A stretch of 64,000 nucleotides of DNA, from positions 4,032,001 to 4,096,000 of the forward strand of contig OZ271854.1 in assembly GCA_965601925.1 (NCBI GenBank), read 5' to 3'. Positions within the stretch are counted from its first letter, which is position 1; the number at the start of each line of letters is the position of its first letter. The translations under genes were made by a program, and so were the position numbers. The DNA comes from Alkalispirochaeta sp. Its GTDB lineage: Bacteria; Spirochaetota; Spirochaetia; DSM-27196; Alkalispirochaetaceae. Of this stretch, positions 29,265 through 39,260 are shown piece after piece. The notes under the pieces were generated by a model. It had not been told where the DNA came from. It worked only from the letters and a program-made list of their open reading frames with translations, and made no database searches.

Positions 29265-30695
29265 ATGGACCCAAAACGACTCTATATAGACGGTCAATGG
29301 ATCGAAACGGGCCGCACGTTTACCGTCGTGAATCCCGGAACGGGGACCCCCTTAGCCGAGGTGGTTTCCGCGGGACGTGCCGAGACGAGGATCGCCGTCG
29401 AGTCGGCCTCGACGGCGCTTCCGGCGTGGAGTGCTCTCACCGGCATCCGGCGCGGAGACTATCTCCTTGCGGTAGCCGACGCGTTGGCGCGCCGTCGCGA
29501 AGAGGTTGCGCGCACCATCACCGAGGAAAACGGGAAGCCCGTCGCACAGAGTCGCGGGGAGGTCGCCGTTGCGATCGACCACCTCCGGTGGTTTGCCGAG
29601 GAGGCGCGGCGCGGCTACGGACGAGTCGTACCCCATCAGGCCGACGGAAAGCGGCACGTCGTCCTCAAGCAGCCGGTCGGTGTCGTCGGCCTGATCGCGC
29701 CGTGGAACTTCCCGTTAGTCCTCGCCATACGTAAGCTCGCGCCCGCCCTCGCCGCGGGGTGTACCACGATTCTCCGCCCCGCGCGCCAGACGCCGCTGTG
29801 TGCGATCGCCCTCGCCGAGTGCGTCGAGGAGGCGAGTCTTCCCCGTGGCGTCTTTCACATGCTCACCGGACCGGGCGAGCCGATCACGGCGGAGTTTATG
29901 GAAAACCCGACGGTGCGCAAAATCAGCTTCACCGGATCGACGGAGGTCGGAAAGAGTCTTATCGAGCAATCGGCCAAGACCGTAACCGATCTCTCGCTGG
30001 AACTCGGCGGCCACGCGCCCCTCCTCGTGTTTGCCGACGCCGATCTGGAGCTCGCCGTCGAGGGAGCGCTGATTACCAAGTTTCGCAACACCGGCCAATC
30101 GTGCATCGCTTCGAACCGTATCTACGTCGAGCGAACGATATACGAGGAGTTTCTCGATCGCTTCACGGAGCGCACGCGGAGTCTGAAAGTCGGTTACGGC
30201 TTAGAAGACGGCGTCGATATCGGACCGGTAATCAACCGAGAGGGTCTCGAGACCGCACTGGCCCATGTGGAAAACGCCGTCGCCGCCGGTGCTCGTCTAT
30301 TGTGCGGCGGTCGCGCGGTTGAGGACACACAAGGCTTCTATCTCGAGCCGACCGTTATCGCCGACGTTCCCGACGACGCGCTGTGCATGCACGAGGAGAC
30401 CTTTGCGCCTGTGGCGCCGGTCACCGCATTCGACTCCGAAGAGGAGGCTCTCGAGCGAGCCAATGCGAGTCGCTACGGGCTTGCCGCCTACGCCTATACC
30501 TCCGATCTCAACCGCAGCTGGCGTCTGGCCGAGCGGCTGGAAGCGGGAACGGTCGCCATCAACGACGCGGTACCGTCGACCAGCAACGCCCCCTTCGGCG
30601 GGGTAAAAGAGAGCGGCCTCGGGCGCGAACTCGGAATCGAGGGCATGGAAGCCTTTATGGAGACGAAGCATATCTCCTACGGCGGTATCTCCTAA
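29265..30695 (+). CDS. NAD(P)-dependent aldehyde dehydrogenase, GabD-like (candidate sulfolactaldehyde dehydrogenase)
   Basis: PWNFP, FTGSTEVG, LELGG, FRNTGQSC, EETFAP, PFGGVKESG. Confidence 0.9.
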   Translation: MDPKRLYIDGQWIETGRTFTVVNPGTGTPLAEVVSAGRAETRIAVESASTALPAWSALTGIRRGDYLLAVADALARRREEVARTITEENGKPVAQSRGEVAVAIDHLRWFAEEARRGYGRVVPHQADGKRHVVLKQPVGVVGLIAPWNFPLVLAIRKLAPALAAGCTTILRPARQTPLCAIALAECVEEASLPRGVFHMLTGPGEPITAEFMENPTVRKISFTGSTEVGKSLIEQSAKTVTDLSLELGGHAPLLVFADADLELAVEGALITKFRNTGQSCIASNRIYVERTIYEEFLDRFTERTRSLKVGYGLEDGVDIGPVINREGLETALAHVENAVAAGARLLCGGRAVEDTQGFYLEPTVIADVPDDALCMHEETFAPVAPVTAFDSEEEALERANASRYGLAAYAYTSDLNRSWRLAERLEAGTVAINDAVPSTSNAPFGGVKESGLGRELGIEGMEAFMETKHISYGGIS

Positions 30696-30731
30696 AGACA
30701 CGCGCCCTTTCTCGATATGGGAGCGCCGACG

Positions 30732-31334
30732 ATGCGCGTTTTTGTGGGAATGCGGTTGGACGATGCGGCCCGCGGACATCTCGCCGACCGATGCGCCGCC
30801 TTCGACGGGACCGCGTTGCGGCGCGTTCAGCCGGCCAACTACCATGTGACGCTCCAGTTCATCGGTGAGGTCTCAGAGCGCGAGGTAGCGTCGATCATAG
30901 GTGTCCTCGACGCCGCCGTTTCTCGTCACTCGATCGCAACGCGGCAGGGTAAAGAGGGACGCATCACGGACGACATCGGCCGGTGGGGTGCGTTTCCGTC
31001 CCGAACGCACCCGCGCGTGGTATGGGCGGGGTTTTCCGACTCGCACGGGGCGCTTCAGGGCCTGGCCGAGTCGGTGCGCGCCGCTCTCGGACGGCTCGAA
31101 CTTGGCGCCCCGAACCGCCCGTTCCGCGCACACGTCACCGTCGGGTACCCCCGTCGTAGCCGAACGGCTTCTTCGGGCGGGAAAATGCTTTCCGACGTTC
31201 TTCGTTCGCCCTTCGGAGCCCCGATTTCGGTGCGATTTCGCTCCATAGCGCTTATCAAGAGCGAACCGGGCGCGGCGGGCTCACGGTATACCGATCTTGC
31301 GGAGTGGCCGTTGTCGACGCACCGTCACGCGTAA
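30732..31334 (+). CDS. thpR: RNA 2',3'-cyclic phosphodiesterase (2H family)
   Basis: MRVFVG, YHVTLQFIG, PRVVWAG, FRAHVTVG (two HxT motifs). Confidence 0.85.
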   Translation: MRVFVGMRLDDAARGHLADRCAAFDGTALRRVQPANYHVTLQFIGEVSEREVASIIGVLDAAVSRHSIATRQGKEGRITDDIGRWGAFPSRTHPRVVWAGFSDSHGALQGLAESVRAALGRLELGAPNRPFRAHVTVGYPRRSRTASSGGKMLSDVLRSPFGAPISVRFRSIALIKSEPGAAGSRYTDLAEWPLSTHRHA

Positions 31335-31428
31335 GGGGACCCTAACCGGACCCGTAAGCCGGCGTTCTCACCACTCCGCGCGACTACGACTTCGCGGGGA
31401 CCGGCGCGTTCCGGCTCTGAGGCCTCCC

Positions 31429-31480
31429 TTTACAACGAACCGTGAACCCGGTACTATTACTTAGTTTCTGAAAATAACTA
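31429..31480 (+). promoter_or_regulatory. sigma70 promoter plus operator-like motif copy 3
   Basis: TTTACA(31429)-17 bp-TACTAT(31452); 31457-31480 reverse complement TAGTTATTTTCAGAAACTAAGTAA. Confidence 0.72.
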
Positions 31481-31579
31481 TCCACCCCACCGTAACGGTC
31501 GGCTGTGTGTCGTCCGATTCCGACGATGGGCGCCGTTACGGGGCGTCGTTTGTCGCGGGGATGACACAAGGGAGAATCG

Positions 31580-33001
31580 ATGGGTATTGAACACATCAGT
31601 CAGCGCGCGCGCGAGACGGGCATCATAGAGGATCCGAAAATCGGACTCCTTATCATGGGACGTAAACGACCGGGATTCGATCCCGAGTGGGGTGCGGAAA
31701 TCAAGGGCAAAATCGTAACGGTGTTGAAAGAACTCCCGTGGGACGTCACGACTCCCTCCGACAACATAGCCGACGAGGCCGCGTTGCGCCGTTCGGTAGA
31801 AGAGTGTCGCACCGCGGGCGTTACGACGATGATCGTCGTGCAACCTACGATCTCCGACGGCCGTCTGGCTCCGTTGCTCTCTCGACTATGGGCAAAGCCG
31901 CTCATCCTCTGGGCGACTCCGGAGAAGCCGACCGGCGCGATGATCAGCGCCAACTCACTGGTCGGTACCCACGCCATGGCGGCGACCCTTCGGCAGCTGG
32001 ACCACCCGCTTGAGATCGTCTACGGCCACCCGGAGAACGAGGAGCTCCGTTCGCGTCTGGACCAAGCGATACGCGCCGTTCACGCAGCGGACAGCGCAAT
32101 GGGACGTCTGTTCGGTCTCGTCGGATATCACGCACCCGGCTTTGTCGACTTTCACGCCGATCCGGTCTTTATCAGCGACGAGCTCGCTTCGCAGTTGTAC
32201 CATATGGGTACGGTAGAGCTCATCAGCATGGTACGCGAATACACCGACGCCGATGTCGCCGACGAGGTCGCCGCGTTTCGATCCCTGGGTCTCCCCTTCC
32301 ACGACGGATTCTCTGCAGGCGCGGGAGTGAGCGCCGACGGCTCGGTTGAGCTTACGATGCAAGCGCGCTACTATCGCGCCTTTCGCGATATCTTCGATCG
32401 CGACCGGCTCGATCTCCTCGCCTTCCGATGCTGGCCGGATCTCCCCTCCGAGGTCGGCCACTGGCCGTATCTCGCCCTGGCGCGCCTCGTCTCGGAAGGT
32501 TTTCCGATCGCCATGGAGGGTGATGTCGACGGAGCGCTGGGAAGTCGCATCGCCGAGAGCGCAGGTATAGGTCCGGTATATCTCTCCGATTGGCTGGAGC
32601 ACGACCGCGACACTATTACGATTTGGCACACCGGTGCCGCGCCGTTTCAGCTTGCAGAACCGGTTGGTGCACCGGGCGGCCCCTCGATCGGCGTGCAGTT
32701 CAACAACAAAAAGCCGACGGTCGTCGAGTCGACGATTCGTGCCGGGATGGACGCAACGGTCTTTCGCCTCTGGCGTTTCGGCGGTGCGTATCATATGACC
32801 GCCCTCGAAGGAGAGACGATCACCCCTCGACGCCATCTGTTAGCGACGAACGGACTCTTCCGCACCGATGAAGTCGATATGACGAGCTGGTTTGAACAGA
32901 TGGTACAGCTCGGCATGCCGCACCACTTGTGCCTCCTCGAAGGACACCACGCCGATACACTTCGCCGTATCGCGCGCTTGCTTGGTGCCGTCGTCGTGTG
33001 A
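31580..33001 (+). CDS. FucI/AraA-fold sugar isomerase, candidate sulfoquinovose isomerase (SqvD/SftI-like)
   Basis: GRK, NSLVG, APGF, RCWPD, EGDVDG, DW, WHTG, MPHH metal and active-site motifs; pathway context. Confidence 0.75.
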   Translation: MGIEHISQRARETGIIEDPKIGLLIMGRKRPGFDPEWGAEIKGKIVTVLKELPWDVTTPSDNIADEAALRRSVEECRTAGVTTMIVVQPTISDGRLAPLLSRLWAKPLILWATPEKPTGAMISANSLVGTHAMAATLRQLDHPLEIVYGHPENEELRSRLDQAIRAVHAADSAMGRLFGLVGYHAPGFVDFHADPVFISDELASQLYHMGTVELISMVREYTDADVADEVAAFRSLGLPFHDGFSAGAGVSADGSVELTMQARYYRAFRDIFDRDRLDLLAFRCWPDLPSEVGHWPYLALARLVSEGFPIAMEGDVDGALGSRIAESAGIGPVYLSDWLEHDRDTITIWHTGAAPFQLAEPVGAPGGPSIGVQFNNKKPTVVESTIRAGMDATVFRLWRFGGAYHMTALEGETITPRRHLLATNGLFRTDEVDMTSWFEQMVQLGMPHHLCLLEGHHADTLRRIARLLGAVVV

Positions 33002-33023
33002 GCGTAACGGTCGACGCGACGTA

Positions 33024-33749
33024 TCAGAGAGCGAACACGTTGTGAGCGTACTCTCGTATGCGCTCGTAATCGTGAATGACGATCTCGCGCTTCTTCGTCC
33101 ACTCCAAAACACCTTGCCGCTTTAGCTCCGAGATGGTCTTCGAGAACGTCGCGCGGTGGAGGCCGAGGGCGGTAGCCATTTCATGCTGTGTGATTTTGGA
33201 GTGTATGACCGGCTGAAAGTGGCTGTACTTCGCGATGTCAAAGAGCATACGGCTGATCTTCCCCGTAACATCGTCGGAGATCACTTCGCATTGGTGGTGA
33301 AGCAGCACGCCGATCTTGTAGCCCATATACTCAAGCAGGTTGCGTTGTAACGCCGGATAGGAACGAGACAACATCGTGTTAAGCGTCGCTTCGTCGAAAA
33401 AGAAGAGCGTTGCGTCTTCAACGGCGGAGTACGTTGCGTACACGGGCATGCGGTTGAAAAACGCCGACTCCCCGACGAGATTTTGCTCGGTGACGTATAG
33501 GAGTATCGCCTCGTTGCCGTTCTCATCGAATGAAACGAGACGCAGAACGCCCTCGACGAGAAGATAGACACCGTCGACACGTCGCCCTTCTCCGAATAGG
33601 GTGGCCTCTTTTGGGATGGTTACTCGGTGGGCGAGACCGATCACCTGCATCCACGGGCTACACATTCCCGCTTCCATCCACAGAGAGAAGTACCGCCGCG
33701 ACGCCCCCTCGTCGTCTCGCCGCCAAGAAGCCGTCGTCTCATCCATCAT
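33024..33749 (-). CDS. Crp/Fnr family transcriptional regulator
   Basis: LFGEG..VYLLVEG..VGE; HTH ITQHEMATALGLHRATFSK. Confidence 0.9.
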   Translation of the reverse strand: MMDETTASWRRDDEGASRRYFSLWMEAGMCSPWMQVIGLAHRVTIPKEATLFGEGRRVDGVYLLVEGVLRLVSFDENGNEAILLYVTEQNLVGESAFFNRMPVYATYSAVEDATLFFFDEATLNTMLSRSYPALQRNLLEYMGYKIGVLLHHQCEVISDDVTGKISRMLFDIAKYSHFQPVIHSKITQHEMATALGLHRATFSKTISELKRQGVLEWTKKREIVIHDYERIREYAHNVFAL

Positions 33750-33824
33750 GGGTCCTCCGAACGGTATTGCGCGGTCGTGGATCGCGCACCGCCTATTGCG
33801 GCCGATCGGCTATAGTGTAACAGG

Positions 33825-34943
33825 TTATCGATCATCGCGGCGGGGCGCGTGGTCCGGCAAGAGATGCTCGGCCAAGGAATCGACGGTACGCAGGGCCGAT
33901 ACGACGGCGTCGACCGGTATGCGCGACGCCATGTTGTGTATTCGGCTCCCGGCTCGGCAGGCGAACCGAGCTATCTCTTCGTAGTGATCGGAGCGCGGAT
34001 CGGAGAGTCCGAGCGTTCGCAAGCTTCCCGGAATGCCGACGCGACGGTAGAAGTCGAACACGTCGGTGAGATACTCGTCGCTGCGTCCCTCGAGTACGAG
34101 CTGCGAAAGCAACGCGACGGCAACTTCTTCGCCGTGTAAGGCGCCCCTGAGCTCCGGAATGCGGGTGAAGCCCTGGGATATTGCGTGCGCCGCGGCGACC
34201 CCGCACCCCTCGAATCCGATTCCACTCAACAGAACATTCGCCTCGACGACGCGTTCTACCGTCTCGGTCACGCGGCGGTGACACACATCGCGAACGGCCT
34301 GCTCCGCCTCGTCCCATACGATGCGAAAGCAACGCTCGGCGATCGCTAGGGCGGCTTGTGTCGGACGAGCATCAAAGAAGTTCGTCACGCCCGAGATTCG
34401 ACACTGTTCCGCCTCAAAGAGGGTCGAAAGAGCGTCGCCGATACCGGCGATGAAAAACCGCACCGGGGCATCGACGATGATCGCCGTATCGACGAGCACT
34501 GCATCGGGGTTCGTACGCATGAACAACGGGCCGAGAAACTCTCCGTCCGCGGTATAGGTAATCGCGAGTCTGCTCGTAGCCGCGTCGCTGGCGGCGACGG
34601 TCGGAACGACCACGACGGGTATATCGAGCGCCCGTTTCACCGCTTTGGCGCCGTCCTGCGCCTTTCCACCGCCGAGGCCGATTACGACGTCGCAGCGTTC
34701 GGTACGGCCGACCGCGGAAAGGCGCTCAAGCTCTTCCGGTGACGTCTCGCCGGAAAAGCGGGAGACGGTCGTCTCCACCGCTGCACGGCGTAACGTTGCG
34801 ACCAGTCGGCCTCCGTACAGAGCGAGCACGCGCTCGTCGGCGACGACGAGCGCTTTGCGTCCGAACCATGCAACGAGGTCTCCCATCTCATCGAGGAGAT
34901 GCGCCCCCTGTCGATATATGAGGGGAAACCCGATCGCCCTCAT
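33825..34943 (-). CDS. Glycerol dehydrogenase-like metal-dependent alcohol dehydrogenase
   Basis: YRQG, GLGGGKAQD, VPTVAASDA, GIGDAL, AAAHAI, LHGEEVA. Confidence 0.88.
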   Translation of the reverse strand: MRAIGFPLIYRQGAHLLDEMGDLVAWFGRKALVVADERVLALYGGRLVATLRRAAVETTVSRFSGETSPEELERLSAVGRTERCDVVIGLGGGKAQDGAKAVKRALDIPVVVVPTVAASDAATSRLAITYTADGEFLGPLFMRTNPDAVLVDTAIIVDAPVRFFIAGIGDALSTLFEAEQCRISGVTNFFDARPTQAALAIAERCFRIVWDEAEQAVRDVCHRRVTETVERVVEANVLLSGIGFEGCGVAAAHAISQGFTRIPELRGALHGEEVAVALLSQLVLEGRSDEYLTDVFDFYRRVGIPGSLRTLGLSDPRSDHYEEIARFACRAGSRIHNMASRIPVDAVVSALRTVDSLAEHLLPDHAPRRDDR

Positions 34944-34980
34944 CTCATACCTCGTCGGTACGTAGCGTGTCCGCCGTCTT

Positions 34981-36027
34981 TCAGCGATCGACGCGCGATT
35001 CGGCCAGCTCAACCGCCGCGAGGAAGCTGTCCAACCACCGATCGCCGTACTGCGTACGATACCACTCCATCATTGCGGAGCGCGCCGGCATGAACGTCTC
35101 TCGCTCCTCATCGGTAAGCTCGTGAATACGGCCGCCTCCGGCGATGAACTCCGCGTTTGCCGCTTCCTCTCGGTCTCTATTGAACGTCGTTTGCTCCGCG
35201 GCTCCGAAGGCGATGCCGTCCAGAACGATCCGTTGCAGCTCGTCCGGGAGACTTGCAAGCCACGCCTCGCCGACAAAGTAGAATCCGAACAGAAAGGTAT
35301 GTCGGTCCAGCGTACCGTACCGGATCACCTCGTCGAAGTTGTTCGACATGATATCCGGAGTAGCAATTTTGAGACCCACCACCAGCTCGGATGCCAACGC
35401 CGTGTAAACCTCTCCCCACGCTACGGGGGTCGCGGCGGCGCCGAGCTGCCTGGTAAATTCCTGTTGGAGCGGCGAGGCGATGGTGCGTATTCGTAATCCC
35501 GCGAGATCCGCGGCGGTCCGAATCGGCCTCCCGGTGGTGTAGAACGAACGCCAACGGCCGCCGTCGGAGACACCGGCCAGTCGTACATTCGGGAGGACAT
35601 CCGCGACGGCGTCCGACATCTCGTCAAAGAAGGGACCTTCCATCAGCTCCCCGACGACCGCGTCTCCGGGTATGAGATACTGTAAGTCCACGACCGCTAA
35701 CTCGGGTATGAATGGTGTAACTCCACCGATGGATGTGTGAGCCACCTCCAGCGTACCGCTATCGACCTGCTCCATGACCTCCTGATAATTTCCGAGCTGA
35801 CTACCGGAGTAAATCTCCACGACGATTCGCCCGCCGGACGCGGACTCGATGTACTCTTTGATCGCCGTCGCGCCGACATAGTCGTCGTTCACGTCGGACA
35901 CGGGTCCGGCGTGGGAGAGCTTCATCGTGTACGTGTCGGCCTCCTCTCCGGCTCCGCCCGCAAAGAGGGTCGTTCCTACGATCACAACCACCAAGAAGAG
36001 CACCATTACCGGTGATGTTCCCTTCAT
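34981..36027 (-). CDS. TRAP transporter substrate-binding protein (DctP family)
   Basis: SGGRIVVEIYSGSQLG, DLAGLRIRT, WGEVYTAL; RBS AAGGAGG. Confidence 0.92.
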   Translation of the reverse strand: MKGTSPVMVLFLVVVIVGTTLFAGGAGEEADTYTMKLSHAGPVSDVNDDYVGATAIKEYIESASGGRIVVEIYSGSQLGNYQEVMEQVDSGTLEVAHTSIGGVTPFIPELAVVDLQYLIPGDAVVGELMEGPFFDEMSDAVADVLPNVRLAGVSDGGRWRSFYTTGRPIRTAADLAGLRIRTIASPLQQEFTRQLGAAATPVAWGEVYTALASELVVGLKIATPDIMSNNFDEVIRYGTLDRHTFLFGFYFVGEAWLASLPDELQRIVLDGIAFGAAEQTTFNRDREEAANAEFIAGGGRIHELTDEERETFMPARSAMMEWYRTQYGDRWLDSFLAAVELAESRVDR

Positions 36028-36080
36028 ACGCAGCCTCCTTTTCGTTCCGACCTGTGTCGGATTATTCACGATACGAAACG

Positions 36081-37370
36081 TCATCCGCCGACCGGTAGTC
36101 CGAGCAACCGCGGGACAAAGAGCGAGATATCCGGTACGAACGTGATGATGAATATGATGATCGCGTGCACGATCCAGTACGGCGTCATCTGACGCACGAT
36201 TGCGCCGATCGAGAGTTTCGTCACCGCCGATGCGGCGAAGAGCACCAAACCGAAGGGGGGTGTAGCCAGGCCGACGGTTAGATTCACGCACATCACAATC
36301 GCAAAGTGCGTCGGATTGATGCCCATCTCAAGAAGCGTCGGCCCCAAGATCGGTCCCAAGATGAGAATTGCCGGCCCGGCATCGAGAAACATCCCGACGA
36401 AGAAGAGAAACAGGTTCATCGTGAGCAAAAAGAGGTAGCGATTCTCGGTTACGTCGAGAATGATCTCGGCAAGATTGTGGGGCACGCGCGTAACGGTAAG
36501 CACCCACCCGAACATCGCCGCCGATCCGATCACTAACAGGATGACCGCCGATTGAGACGCTGCGCGGCGAAATATCCCGCCCAGATCGGAGATCGCGATC
36601 GTCTTGAACACGAAGAGGCCCAGAACCAGCGCGTACGCCACGGCGAGTATCGCCGCCTCGGTCGGAGAGACGACGCTGAAGAGGATTCCTCCCAGAATGA
36701 TGAGGGGCGTGAGCATCGGAAAGAACCCCCGGACCGTCGCCCGACCCCTCTCGCACCACGTCGCTCTTCCGGAACGAGGAAACCCGCGTTTCGCGGCGAT
36801 AATCCTCGTCATGATCATCAACCCCGCACCCATCAGGAGCCCCGGCATGATGCCGGCGGCGAACAGCGCCCCGGTGGAGACCTCCATGATAAACGCGTAG
36901 ACGATCATGATGATGCTCGGCGGAATGATCGGCCCGATAATCGATGATGCCGCCGTCACCGCGGCGGAGAAATCGCGCGGATAACCGTCCTCCTCCATAG
37001 CCGGTATGAGAATCGCTCCGAGAGATGATGTATCGGCCACCGCCGATCCGCTCAACCCGGCAAAGAGAACGCTCGCCAGGATATTCACCTGCGCTAGCCC
37101 GCCGTGGAAGTGTCCTACCATGGCGCGGGCGAGGTTGACGATCCGAGTAGTGACACCCCCGCGGTTCATTAATTCGCCCGCGAGAATAAAAAGAGGAACG
37201 GCGAGTAGGAGGAAGGTGTGAACACCGGCGAACGATCGCTGTACGAGAGTTCCCAGCATAACCTCGCGACCGGTAACGGCGAAGTCCACCAACGGCCCGA
37301 CGGCAAGGGCGAAGACGATCGGTACGCCGAGGGCCGCGGCTACGAACACCACGATGAGATAGAGCGGCAC
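36081..37370 (-). CDS. TRAP transporter large permease (DctM)
   Basis: LLAVPLFILAGELM, SGSAVAD, GPIIPPS, PTEAA, GLATPPFG. Confidence 0.94.
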   Translation of the reverse strand: MPLYLIVVFVAAALGVPIVFALAVGPLVDFAVTGREVMLGTLVQRSFAGVHTFLLLAVPLFILAGELMNRGGVTTRIVNLARAMVGHFHGGLAQVNILASVLFAGLSGSAVADTSSLGAILIPAMEEDGYPRDFSAAVTAASSIIGPIIPPSIIMIVYAFIMEVSTGALFAAGIMPGLLMGAGLMIMTRIIAAKRGFPRSGRATWCERGRATVRGFFPMLTPLIILGGILFSVVSPTEAAILAVAYALVLGLFVFKTIAISDLGGIFRRAASQSAVILLVIGSAAMFGWVLTVTRVPHNLAEIILDVTENRYLFLLTMNLFLFFVGMFLDAGPAILILGPILGPTLLEMGINPTHFAIVMCVNLTVGLATPPFGLVLFAASAVTKLSIGAIVRQMTPYWIVHAIIIFIITFVPDISLFVPRLLGLPVGG

Positions 37371-37372
37371 GC

Positions 37373-37903
37373 CTACGCCCCCTTACGCGGCGCGAGAAGT
37401 GCAATCTGCTTACAAGCCTCCTCTACGCAGACGAGTACCATCAAAGCGTATCCAACCGGGAGGGCCGCATATGCGTATCCGAACGGAAGCCACTCCATCG
37501 TCGAGACGATCCGGCGCATGCCGCGTACCGCGAGGAGCCACCCGTGTCGCACCATCATCAACGCGACGTAGGCGGTGACGGCCAGCGCGATAAGACGGAG
37601 CGCCGTACGAGCGCCTCCCGAGACCTTTTCTACCAAAAACTCAATCGAGACGTGAGCGCCCGAGCGCAATCCGATCGGCGCGCCTAACAGGACCATCCAG
37701 ACCATAAGAATGGTAGAGGCGTCCTCGGTCCACGTGACGGGGCGATTCAACGCATATCGCATGACGACCGAGTAGAAGAGGATCGCGCAGATCACCGCCA
37801 GGATCGCTCCGATTACACCGGATAGAACCGTACACATTCGCCCGTTGAACGCTGCGAGCGCCGACGCCGCCCGTATCACACCACGTCTCCCCTTTTCGGT
37901 CAT
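37373..37903 (-). CDS. TRAP transporter small permease (DctQ)
   Basis: VVMRY..WTED, GAHVSIE; four TM helices. Confidence 0.9.
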   Translation of the reverse strand: MTEKGRRGVIRAASALAAFNGRMCTVLSGVIGAILAVICAILFYSVVMRYALNRPVTWTEDASTILMVWMVLLGAPIGLRSGAHVSIEFLVEKVSGGARTALRLIALAVTAYVALMMVRHGWLLAVRGMRRIVSTMEWLPFGYAYAALPVGYALMVLVCVEEACKQIALLAPRKGA

Positions 37904-37984
37904 TACCGTAGAATCCCTACGTAATGCTAACTCGAGAAATCGAGACGATATGTCGTCCAAACGACAAACGGGAGAAATGGAGCG

Positions 37985-39157
37985 TCAGCGACTCCGCGCG
38001 ACCTGCGTGAGATTGAAAAACTGCTTAAAGACGATATCGGTGGCGCCGTAACACGCCTGGACCGGGTCATACACCATCGGGATTACCCGACGTTCCGGCA
38101 GGGCTCGGCGAGCCGAGTTGCCCAACACCTCCGACAGAATGGGAAAACGGCTAATGAGAAGGACCGCTTCGGGATGGAAGATGTGGTGAAGGTTTCTGAT
38201 CGCAGAGGCGAGCGCAAGCCGCTCCTCGCGGAGTGCCGCCGCTACCTCTCCCACCGTCAGAGTTCGCTGCACCGCCTCCCAACTATCGACATCGTAGTCG
38301 GCCCGGAGGCGCTCAAGCATGGGCTGCTCGGCGACGCGATTTTCCAACGCCGCCTCATCGTCGGCTACCCCTTCAATCGAAGCGGGGAAGATCGAGGTAC
38401 GTCCGACCTCGATGGCGGTAGCCGTTCCGTTGAGAAAAATGTTGCCGTGGGTGACCAACGCACCTCCGACTCCCGAGCGCACCAGAATCGCTAAGAGGCT
38501 CGCCTCGTCGCGCGCGACCCCGTAATGATAGGCGCTTGCGGCGATGACGGAGGCGTTATTGTGCACAAAGACCGGCACATCGAAGATCGCCTCATAGTGG
38601 TCCTTGATCGAGTATCCGCTGAGTCCGACGATCCTCCCGTAGTGAAGAACGCGCCCGGTCACGGTGTCGACGACCCCCGGAGCGGCGATACCGATGCCGA
38701 GGAGCCGCTCTCTGTCGATCCGGCTCTCCTCGATCGCCGAGGCGATCATCGTCTCGATCGTCCTCAAAATTTCGTCGCGGTCGCAGCGGGGTGCGAGGTC
38801 TTTACTTCGTTTGTAGATGACGCAGTTGCCGAAATCGACCACGATGACCGCCACCGCGAGGCTCGAAAAATCGACCCCGACGGCGTATCCGCTCTCGGCC
38901 CGGGCGCAATAGAAGCTCGGTCGCCGGCCCTTACGCTCCCCCTCCTGTCCGTCCTCCAACCCGCGGCCGTCCTTGCATTGGCGAATGAACCCCGCCTCCT
39001 CCAACTTTGCAAAGATTCGAAACACCGTGGGCGCCTTGAGGCCGGTATGCTGCACGATCTGTGACTGCGAAATGCTTCCGTGTTGAAAAATCAAGTTGAG
39101 AACGAGCTTCTCGTTACTCTCGCGTATATCGTTACTTCGAAGGGGCTGATGCAGCAT
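37985..39157 (-). CDS. ROK family transcriptional repressor
   Basis: N-terminal wHTH (ISQSQIVQHTGLKAPTV), GRRP linker, GIGIAAPGVVD, VHNNA, GVGGA, EVGR. Confidence 0.9.
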   Translation of the reverse strand: MLHQPLRSNDIRESNEKLVLNLIFQHGSISQSQIVQHTGLKAPTVFRIFAKLEEAGFIRQCKDGRGLEDGQEGERKGRRPSFYCARAESGYAVGVDFSSLAVAVIVVDFGNCVIYKRSKDLAPRCDRDEILRTIETMIASAIEESRIDRERLLGIGIAAPGVVDTVTGRVLHYGRIVGLSGYSIKDHYEAIFDVPVFVHNNASVIAASAYHYGVARDEASLLAILVRSGVGGALVTHGNIFLNGTATAIEVGRTSIFPASIEGVADDEAALENRVAEQPMLERLRADYDVDSWEAVQRTLTVGEVAAALREERLALASAIRNLHHIFHPEAVLLISRFPILSEVLGNSARRALPERRVIPMVYDPVQACYGATDIVFKQFFNLTQVARSR

Positions 39158-39179
39158 AGTTTTTTTCTGAAAATAAGTT
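39156..39179 (-). promoter_or_regulatory. Operator-like motif copy 4, abutting the ROK start codon (autoregulation)
   Basis: Reverse complement AACTTATTTTCAGAAAAAAACTAT. Confidence 0.68.
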
Positions 39180-39260
39180 ACATGTAGAATATCACAGGTT
39201 CCACGGTGCTGTATAGCGCGATATGCACCGACTCTCCGCGGCGCGCGCCGTCAAACACTC

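Noticed and set aside
30732..31334. thpR as a member of the sulfosugar pathway
   Set aside because: It looks like an ordinary 2H phosphoesterase; only its position links it to the island.
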